14,126 nucleotides of DNA from Candidatus Sumerlaeia bacterium (lineage in GTDB: Bacteria > Sumerlaeota > Sumerlaeia > SLMS01): assembly GCA_038208905.1 (NCBI GenBank), contig JBBQYG010000101.1, forward strand, positions 1 to 14,126, in the 5' to 3' direction. The translations under genes were made by a program, and so were the position numbers. How positions within the stretch are numbered: the first letter of the stretch is position 1; every line of letters begins with the position of its first letter. Positions 1 to 6,429 of the stretch are shown here, one piece after another. Below the pieces are notes generated by a model that was not told where the DNA came from, made no database searches, and saw only the letters and a program-made list of their open reading frames with translations.

Positions 1-569
1 ACGAGGTCCAGGTCGCTCTCCGCCGACTGCTCGCGGGTCGGGTTGATCACGAACTCGTCGTTGACCAGGCCGATGCGGACACCGGCGATGGGCTTGAGGA
101 AGGGGATCTGGGAAATGTGGAGGGCCGCGCTGGCGCCGATCATGGCGACGATCTCGGCGGGGTTCTCCTTATCGATGGAGATGATGGTGATGTAGACCTG
201 CACCTCGTTCTTGAAGCCCTCGGGAAACAGGGGACGGATCGTGCGGTCGATCTGGCGCGCGCGCAGCGTCTCGCCATCGGACGGACGGGCCTCGCGCTTG
301 AAGAAGCCGCCGGGGATGCGGCCGCCCGCGTAGAACTTCTCGCGGTAATCGACCATCAGCGGAAAGAAATCCTTGTCGCTCTTCTGGTCGGAACCAACAA
401 CGGCGACCAGGGCGATGGTGTCGCCAACGCGCGCCAACACGGCGCCTGCGGCCTGCTTCGCCAGCTTGCCAGTGCGAAGCTCAATCGTCTTGCCCGAGCC
501 GAAATCGAACTCCATGACATGCTCGGTGAAATTCAGTCCTTGGATGGACTGGTACTTGGGCTGACTCAT
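1..569 (-). CDS. pnp: Polyribonucleotide nucleotidyltransferase (PNPase), 5' part; runs off the left edge
   Basis: Not in the ORF track because it is truncated. Manual translation from the ATG at 569 gives MSQPKYQSIQGLNFTEHVMEFDFGSGKTIELRTGKLAKQAAGAVLARVGDT...DFFPLMVDYREKFYAGGRIPGGFFKREARPSDGETLRARQIDRTIRPLFPEGFKNEVQ, the diagnostic first RNase PH domain of PNPase. AGGAG RBS at 578-582. Lies downstream of rpsO, as is typical. Confidence 0.97.
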   Translation of the reverse strand, partial: MSQPKYQSIQGLNFTEHVMEFDFGSGKTIELRTGKLAKQAAGAVLARVGDTIALVAVVGSDQKSDKDFFPLMVDYREKFYAGGRIPGGFFKREARPSDGETLRARQIDRTIRPLFPEGFKNEVQVYITIISIDKENPAEIVAMIGASAALHISQIPFLKPIAGVRIGLVNDEFVINPTREQSAESDLDL

Positions 570-760
570 CGTGAGCGCTCCTGTGATTTGGTTTTCGTTC
601 GGTGGGGAGGATTCCCCTCGGGAACGATGACCCGGGAGTCTCGGAATTTCCATCCGCCATCCGCCCGCGTGGGTGATGGCGCATGCAAATCCCGGCTACC
701 GGGCCAGTGCCTACAAGATCGAATGCGGGGCGGGGCATATCCTCCGTGTGGTGGGTGAGA

Positions 761-803
761 AGTTAAAACAAACCAGCGCGGCGGAGTGATCCGCCGCGCT
801 GGT
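761..803 (-). terminator. Rho-independent terminator after rpsO
   Basis: Perfect 14-bp stem ACCAGCGCGGCGGA (772-785) / TCCGCCGCGCTGGT (790-803) with a 4-nt loop, followed on the minus strand by the T-rich run TTGTTTTAACT. Confidence 0.88.
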
Positions 804-865
804 GGAGATGCGCGATTGCCGGGCGGGGCCCGTGATGTTGGAACAGGGTGCGAAGGCCGCGGGCA

Positions 866-1144
866 TCAGCTCTTGATGTCGCGGATTTCGAGGCGCGCGA
901 TCAACGTCCGGTAGCGGTCGATATCCTTGCGCTTGAGGTACAGCAGCAGCGCGCGACGCTGGCCCACGAGCACCAGAAGCCCACGCTTGCCGTGGAAATC
1001 CTTCTTGTGGGTCTTGAAATGCTCGGTCAGATTATTGATGCGCTCGGTGATGACGGCGATCTGGACTTCCGGCGAGCCGGTGTCGGACTCGTGCGTCTTG
1101 TACAGCTCGATGACTTCCTTCTTGCGTGCGGCGGTGATGGACAT
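866..1144 (-). CDS. rpsO: 30S ribosomal protein S15 (92 aa)
   Basis: [71 protein letters not shown]... carries the S15 signature. The likely start is the ATG at 1144 with a GGAG RBS at 1150-1153; the 184-aa ORF call is over-extended. Confidence 0.98.
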   Translation of the reverse strand: MSITAARKKEVIELYKTHESDTGSPEVQIAVITERINNLTEHFKTHKKDFHGKRGLLVLVGQRRALLLYLKRKDIDRYRTLIARLEIRDIKS

Positions 1145-1228
1145 GGACTCTCCAAGTGTTGTTAAGTAAGCCAATGGCAAAGATGTCCGCCGGAGAAGGA
1201 CGAGACCCCTTGCGCAAGGCCGATGGGG

Positions 1229-1257
1229 AGAGTGGGGACCCTCCCCCCGGGTGTCAA
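1229..1257 (-). promoter_or_regulatory. Putative sigma70 promoter of rpsO
   Basis: Minus-strand TTGACA (1257-1252), 17-nt spacer, then CACTCT (1234-1229), which keeps the conserved A and final T of the -10 element. Confidence 0.55.
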
Positions 1258-1349
1258 GGAGGGAGAGTGGGTCGAATCCAGAGTTGGATCGCAAACCGTT
1301 GACTGAACCGTGCCGTCCTGATGCCGCGCTCTGAAGGGCCGACCTCGCC

Positions 1350-1377
1350 TTGACAGGGGCCGACTGCGGGAGATGAT
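1350..1377 (+). promoter_or_regulatory. Putative sigma70 promoter of the toxin-antitoxin operon
   Basis: TTGACA (1350-1355), 16-nt spacer, GATGAT (1372-1377), about 37 nt upstream of the antitoxin ATG. Confidence 0.5.
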
Positions 1378-1414
1378 TGAACAGTGAGAGCAACCAGCGG
1401 TCCCAAGGTGCGTT

Positions 1415-1738
1415 ATGCAATCATTAAGGGCAGTCGAAATACAGACCCATCTGGGCGAGATACTTGATCAGGTGGAGGAAGGGGAGCGCGTGGCGATTAT
1501 GCGTGACGGGCGCCACATCGCGACCATCATCCCTGCGGAATCAGAGGCGTCAGCCCAGACGGAGGGGTCCCGGGAAATGTTGACCGGACAAGTTCACTCG
1601 TTCAATCCGATCGAGCGGAAAATCCGCGAAACAAAGGCCTTTGAGGGGGTTCTCGCCCTGCGCGAGCAGATCATGCGCGAAGGGAAGGGACTGACACTGA
1701 GCGAGATCCTTTCAGCGCGCGACGAGGGCCGAAGGTGA
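1415..1738 (+). CDS. Type II antitoxin, Phd/YefM (prevent-host-death) family
   Basis: N-terminus [40 protein letters not shown] fits the Phd/YefM fold. C-terminal [13 protein letters not shown] is typical of antitoxins paired with VapC. Overlaps the toxin start by 4 nt (GTGA). Confidence 0.88.
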   Translation: MQSLRAVEIQTHLGEILDQVEEGERVAIMRDGRHIATIIPAESEASAQTEGSREMLTGQVHSFNPIERKIRETKAFEGVLALREQIMREGKGLTLSEILSARDEGRR

Positions 1739-2169
1739 GTGTACTGGTTATCGACGCATCGGTGTTTCTCGCCTGGGCGCTGCCGGATGAGTTGAATCCG
1801 GTGGCGGAATCCGCGATGGGGGAGCTTCGGCGCGGCGGCGGCATTGTGCCGGGCCTATGGCCGTTGGAGGTCGCGAATATTCTCGCAATCAAGGAAAAGA
1901 AGGGACGTCTTGAGACGCCTTTCGTGGAACGAATTGTGAACCACATTGGAGACCTTCCAATCCAGATCGATTCGGAAACGGCAGGGAGGGCGCTATCCGA
2001 TACGATGACCATCGCGCGGAGGACCCGCCTCACAGTTTATGATGCGTCCTATCTCGAGCTGGCAAGTCGCCGCAAGTTGGTGCTCGCGACCTTGGACACC
2101 GCCCTTGCGGCTGCCGCCGTCTCAGAATCGGTGGCGGTGTTTGCCATAGTCGATCCTGCGGCGCGATAA
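1735..2169 (+). CDS. vapC: Type II toxin, VapC-family PIN-domain ribonuclease
   Basis: PIN motifs with the acidic catalytic residues: LVIDASV, WPLEVAN, LTVYDASYLELA, LATLD. 144 aa, translationally coupled to the antitoxin. Confidence 0.92.
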   Translation: MSVLVIDASVFLAWALPDELNPVAESAMGELRRGGGIVPGLWPLEVANILAIKEKKGRLETPFVERIVNHIGDLPIQIDSETAGRALSDTMTIARRTRLTVYDASYLELASRRKLVLATLDTALAAAAVSESVAVFAIVDPAAR

Positions 2170-2187
2170 CGGAGACTGGCGCGGCTT

Positions 2188-4008
2188 TTGGACTCGCTGA
2201 TGGCATCTACTCCAAGCGGCGCGCAGCCGCATCCGCCGCTTGGTAGCTTCTGCGGCGCGGGGGCGCTGATGTGGTTTGCGCTCTCATTTGGCCTGTTTGC
2301 GGTCTCCCCCGTGTACCAGCTCACCGATTCGCGCTTCGTTTTCCTGCTCAGCGAATCGCTCATGTATCGCGGCGCATTCGAGCTGACCCCCATGATCGAG
2401 TCCAGCCAGCGGGTGACGCCGGAGCTGGGCCACTTCATCGCGCGCGTGCCGTACCAGCTCGAAAAACTGCCCGACGGACGTATTTTCCACTACTGGCCAC
2501 CCGGCGCGGCGATCCTTTCGATTCCCTATGTCTGGGTCGCGAACCAACTCGGCTACCGAACCTTCGATCTGGAGTCGGGCTATGATCCCGACATGGAGCG
2601 CGTGATGCAACTCCCCCTCGCTTGGGGGCTATCCGCGCTCTTTGTCGCCTGCGTTTGGATTTCGGCGACCTGGGCAGGGATGCGGCGCGGGCGGTGGTGG
2701 ATTTGCGCGGCGGTGACGGCGGCGACTCCCGTATGGAGCATCGCCTCGCGGAGCCTGTGGTCCAACACGTGGGTTCTGCTGCTGCTGGGCACGGCGATCT
2801 TGCTGCTGCAACTTCTTGAGGCAGGCCGCGGGCGCGGAATTCTGATCGGGGCGGCGCTGGCGACGGTGCTCTCCTGGGGCTACTTCATCCGCCCCACGAC
2901 CGCCGTGCCCATCGTCTGCGTCGGCGTGTTCCTCGCGATCCGCAACTGGAGGGCGCTGGCCGGGTATGCGGTGGTCGGGCTGCTGTGGCTCGGGCTCTTC
3001 CTGTGGTACTCCCACGCGAACTTCGGACAGGCATTTCCCTCCTACTCCAAGGGGAGTCGCCTCAGTCTCGCCATCTTTCCCATCGGCCTGGCGGGCAACA
3101 TGATCAGCCCCTCGCGCGGGATGCTTGTCTATACGCCGGGCATCCTGGCCGCGCTGTACCTCGCGGCGCGGCGGTGGAAGGTTCTGCGGCACGAGCCGCT
3201 GGCGATTCTGGCGCTCGCCGCCGCAAGCCTCCAACTGGCCGCGATCTCGTGTTTCCCGGTTTGGTGGGCGGGGCACAGCTATGGCTCGCGCCTGACGTTG
3301 GAGCTCCTCCCGTGGTTCGTGCTGCTGGCGATTCTTGCGGTGAGGGCGGGCGGGGCAATGCTCTCGCGAGGCGAAGTGATCGCATGCATCCTCGTCACCG
3401 CCCTCGGCGTCATCCCCAACGGACTCGGTGCGCTGCACACGCGGTGCTGGCTGTGGAACTACTTCCCCGAGGATGTGGAAGCGAGGCCCACGCGCAGCTT
3501 CGACTGGCGCTATCCGCAATTCCTCTCTCCGTTGTTAAGGCCGCCGCCGCCAGACACCTTTCCTCCGCTGCCATCCGGTGGCCGAATCTCCCCCACCGAC
3601 GAGGGCCAGCGCCCCTTGCTGTGGGAGGGTTGGACGCAGTGGCCCACGCCACCAATCCGCTGGACGGAAGGGCCCCGCGCCAGTGTGCGGTTTGGCATCG
3701 ACCAGGTCCCGCCAGCCGCAACCCTCTCTGTGCGCGCGGGGGCCTTCGTGCATCCACCCGCGCTCGCGAAACAGAGCATCCGCGTGCTGCTCAACGGGGT
3801 CGTCATCGGCTCCGGCGAATTCACCCAGCGCGGCCTTGTGGACCTGGAGTTCCCAATCCCCGATGGCGTCCTCGCAAAGGATAACTTCCTCCTCATCGAG
3901 ACACCCGACGCCGCCTCTCCCAAGTCCGTCGGCCTCAACGACGACGCACGAAAACTGGGCATTGAGGTCGAGTGGATTACGATCACCATGGGAACGCCGA
4001 TCTCCTGA
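2188..4008 (+). CDS. Polytopic membrane protein, probable GT-C-fold (PMT/ArnT-like) glycosyltransferase with a soluble C-terminal beta-rich domain
   Basis: Many hydrophobic segments, an acidic residue after TM1 (LTDSRF), and motifs HYWPPG, SRSLWSNT, IRPT, SPSRGMLVYTP and WWAGHSYGSRL. The C-terminal ~140 aa (WEGW...RWTEG...LLNG...SP...DDARKLGI) is soluble and beta-rich. Start uncertain (TTG 2188 or ATG 2200). Confidence 0.6.
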   Translation: MDSLMASTPSGAQPHPPLGSFCGAGALMWFALSFGLFAVSPVYQLTDSRFVFLLSESLMYRGAFELTPMIESSQRVTPELGHFIARVPYQLEKLPDGRIFHYWPPGAAILSIPYVWVANQLGYRTFDLESGYDPDMERVMQLPLAWGLSALFVACVWISATWAGMRRGRWWICAAVTAATPVWSIASRSLWSNTWVLLLLGTAILLLQLLEAGRGRGILIGAALATVLSWGYFIRPTTAVPIVCVGVFLAIRNWRALAGYAVVGLLWLGLFLWYSHANFGQAFPSYSKGSRLSLAIFPIGLAGNMISPSRGMLVYTPGILAALYLAARRWKVLRHEPLAILALAAASLQLAAISCFPVWWAGHSYGSRLTLELLPWFVLLAILAVRAGGAMLSRGEVIACILVTALGVIPNGLGALHTRCWLWNYFPEDVEARPTRSFDWRYPQFLSPLLRPPPPDTFPPLPSGGRISPTDEGQRPLLWEGWTQWPTPPIRWTEGPRASVRFGIDQVPPAATLSVRAGAFVHPPALAKQSIRVLLNGVVIGSGEFTQRGLVDLEFPIPDGVLAKDNFLLIETPDAASPKSVGLNDDARKLGIEVEWITITMGTPIS

Positions 4009-4082
4009 TCGGCGGGCGCACCCGCGCAATCCGATAGCCCCTCCGCGCCGTCTCCTCGCACGCTCTGCTCCGAGGCCAAGAG

Positions 4083-4838
4083 ATGCTCCTTCCCATCCAT
4101 CGCGACACCGTTGACTCGACCAATCTGGAGGTTCGGCGTCTGATTCGGGCGGGGTGGAATCGCGCGCGGTGCATCGGCGTGGTAGCCGACGAGCAGACCG
4201 ACGGCGTGGGGCGCGAGGGCCGCCCATGGCGGAGCCCCCGCGGCGGCCTGTGGATGAGCGTCGCGTGGCCAGCGACGCAGCCGCCCGGTGCCTATACGTC
4301 CTTCCCCCTGGCGGCGGCGTGGGCGATGCGGCGGGCGATGGCGGATTCGCTGGCACTCTCCACAGAGGTGAAGTGGCCCAACGACCTTCTGGTCCGCGAC
4401 CGCAAGCTATGCGGGATTCTGTGTCAGACGTTTCAGGAAGATGGCGCATGGTGCGTCCTGGCAGGAGTGGGTGTGAACGGCAACTATCCCGCCGCCGACT
4501 TGGGCAACGGCCTGCGCACTGCGCCGACGACGCTCTTTGACGAGCTTGGCCACGCGGTGGACATCATCGAGCTGGCGGGCGCCTCCTTCGCCCGGCTGCG
4601 CGAGGCATTCGATATTTTCGAGCGCGAAGGAGTGGAGACCTTCCTGCCGGAGCTGCGCGATGCGCTGGCGTGGCGCGGCATCACCATACGCGCGGGCGAG
4701 GTCACCGGCCGCATCGACGGAATCGGCGACGACGGCGCGCTGTTGCTGCAAACGCCCGATGGCCCGCAACGGTTCGTCGCGGGAGAGATCGGCTTGATCG
4801 AGAGAGTGCCATTGCAATCCACGGAGCATGAAAGATGA
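4083..4838 (+). CDS. birA: Biotin--[acetyl-CoA-carboxylase] ligase, monofunctional (no N-terminal HTH)
   Basis: Motifs DSTN, EQTDGVGREGRPWRSPRGGLWMS, KWPNDLL, KLCGIL, GVGVN and a C-terminal GIGDDGALLL...AGEI domain. Confidence 0.93.
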   Translation: MLLPIHRDTVDSTNLEVRRLIRAGWNRARCIGVVADEQTDGVGREGRPWRSPRGGLWMSVAWPATQPPGAYTSFPLAAAWAMRRAMADSLALSTEVKWPNDLLVRDRKLCGILCQTFQEDGAWCVLAGVGVNGNYPAADLGNGLRTAPTTLFDELGHAVDIIELAGASFARLREAFDIFEREGVETFLPELRDALAWRGITIRAGEVTGRIDGIGDDGALLLQTPDGPQRFVAGEIGLIERVPLQSTEHER

Positions 4839-6310
4839 AGCGATATCCTGTCCTGACCGCCGACGAAGCCGCGGCTTTCATTCCCAACGGCGCCCTTGTG
4901 GGCTTCAGCGGATTCACGCCCGCGGGCGCCGCCAAGGCCGTGCCCCGAGCACTGGCCGCCCGGGCCAAGGCGCTGCACGCGGCGGGGACGCCGTTCAAGA
5001 TTCGCGTGCTGACGGGAGCCTCCACGGGGAAGGCGCTGGACGACGCACTGGCCGAGGCGGAGGCAATCTCCTGGCGCGCCCCCTACCAGTCCAGCAAGCG
5101 GCTGCGCGACCAGATGAACCGCGGCGAGGTGGAGTTCGTGGACATGCACCTCTCTCACGTCCCGCAGGCGATGATGGAAGGCTTCTTTGGCCGCATGGAG
5201 TACGCGGTGGTCGAGGCGACCGAGGTCAGCGACGATGGGCGCGTCTATCTCTCCAGTTCAATCGGCGCGTCGCCCACCTACCTCAAGTGCGCCGACAAGG
5301 TCATCATCGAGGTGAACCGCGCCCACTCCCCGCGCGTGAGCGAGCTGGCCGACATCGCGATCCTTCCCGCTCCGCCCCATCGCAGCCCCATTCCCATCTA
5401 TCATCCGCTCGACCGTATCGGGCGTCTATACGCAAACGTGGATCCCGCCAAGGTTGTTGGCATCGTTGAGACCAACGAACCCGACGATGTGGCGGAGTTC
5501 GCCCCCATCGACGCCACCAGCGCCGCCATCGGGCGCAATGTCGCCGCGTTTCTGGAGGCCGAAATTCGCTCCGGCCGCATCCCGCGGGAGTTCCTCCCGC
5601 TCCAGTCGGGCGTGGGGAATATCGCAAACGCCGTGATGGCGAGCATCGGCGAAAGCGCGGGAATCCCGCCGTTCACGATGTACACGGAGGTGTTTCAGGA
5701 CTCGCTTGTCGGGTTGATGGAGAGCGGAAAGCTGCTCGGCGCCTCGACCACGAGCCTGACGCTCTCCGCGGAGAAGGTCGCGCGCGTTTATGGCAATATG
5801 GACTTCTTCGGCGCGCGCATCGTCATGCGGCCCCAGGAACTGAGCAACAATCCCGGCGTCGTCCGCCGCCTCGGCGTCATCACCACCAACACCGCCCTGG
5901 AGGTCGATATCTATGGCCACGCCAACAGCACGCATGTCTGCGGAACCCAGATGATGAACGGCATCGGCGGCAGCGGCGACTTCACGCGCAACGCCTACCT
6001 CTCCATCTTCATGTGCCCGTCGGTTGCCAAGGGAGGCAAGATTTCCTCCATCGTCCCCATGTGCAGTCACGTCGATCACAACGAGCATTCTGTGAACGTC
6101 GTCATCACCGACCAGGGCATCGCCGACATGCGCGCCCTCGGCCCCATCGACCGCGCCAAGCTCCTGATCGAGAACTGCGCCCACCCCATGTACCGCGACT
6201 ACCTTCGCAGCTACCTCGCCAACAGTCCCGGCGGCCACATCCGCCACGACCTGGCGAAGTGCTTCGAGCTGCACCGCAACCTGATCGAGAAGGGATCGAT
6301 GCTGCCGTGA
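4835..6310 (+). CDS. Acetyl-CoA hydrolase/transferase family protein (succinate CoA-transferase, ScpC/AarC/Cat1-like)
   Basis: Motifs SGFTPAG, TGASTG, DMHLSH, LQSGVGNIANAV, YTEV (catalytic Glu), NSTHV, MMNGIGGSGDF, IENCAHP. 491 aa. ATGA overlap with birA. Confidence 0.93.
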   Translation: MKRYPVLTADEAAAFIPNGALVGFSGFTPAGAAKAVPRALAARAKALHAAGTPFKIRVLTGASTGKALDDALAEAEAISWRAPYQSSKRLRDQMNRGEVEFVDMHLSHVPQAMMEGFFGRMEYAVVEATEVSDDGRVYLSSSIGASPTYLKCADKVIIEVNRAHSPRVSELADIAILPAPPHRSPIPIYHPLDRIGRLYANVDPAKVVGIVETNEPDDVAEFAPIDATSAAIGRNVAAFLEAEIRSGRIPREFLPLQSGVGNIANAVMASIGESAGIPPFTMYTEVFQDSLVGLMESGKLLGASTTSLTLSAEKVARVYGNMDFFGARIVMRPQELSNNPGVVRRLGVITTNTALEVDIYGHANSTHVCGTQMMNGIGGSGDFTRNAYLSIFMCPSVAKGGKISSIVPMCSHVDHNEHSVNVVITDQGIADMRALGPIDRAKLLIENCAHPMYRDYLRSYLANSPGGHIRHDLAKCFELHRNLIEKGSMLP

Positions 6311-6360
6311 ACGGCGGGAAAAGGCAAGGAATAGCAGTAAGAGGCAGGGAACGGCAGGTG
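6311..6360 (+). repeat. Five degenerate 10-bp tandem repeats (consensus ~ANGGCAGGRA)
   Basis: acggcgggaa / aaggcaagga / atagcagtaa / gaggcaggga / acggcaggtg, immediately after the CoA-transferase stop codon. Confidence 0.5.
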
Positions 6361-6372
6361 AGGTGAAGCGAG

Positions 6373-6410
6373 AGACCCCCGGCGAGCCAGGCTTGCCGGG
6401 GGTCTTGTCT
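6373..6410. terminator. Hairpin terminator between convergent genes
   Basis: 15-bp stem AGACCCCCGGCGAGC (6373-6387) / GCTTGCCGGGGGTCT (6391-6405) with one G-U pair, followed by a short T-rich tail on the plus strand. Confidence 0.75.
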
Positions 6411-6429
6411 ATACGCAACATGCTCAGCG

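Noticed and set aside
117-758. 213-aa plus-strand ORF
   Set aside because: Antisense shadow of pnp and its leader.
1145-1420. 92-aa N-terminal extension of S15 in the ORF track
   Set aside because: S15 homology and the RBS point to ATG 1144. The extension crosses both candidate promoters and overlaps the antitoxin start.
1373-1424. Inverted repeat ATGATTG / CAATCAT near the antitoxin start as a TA operator
   Set aside because: Only 7 bp with arms 38 nt apart, so chance cannot be excluded.
6311-6410. Possible CRISPR array or tRNA
   Set aside because: The repeats are 10 bp with no spacers, there is no cloverleaf, and there are no cas genes in the window.
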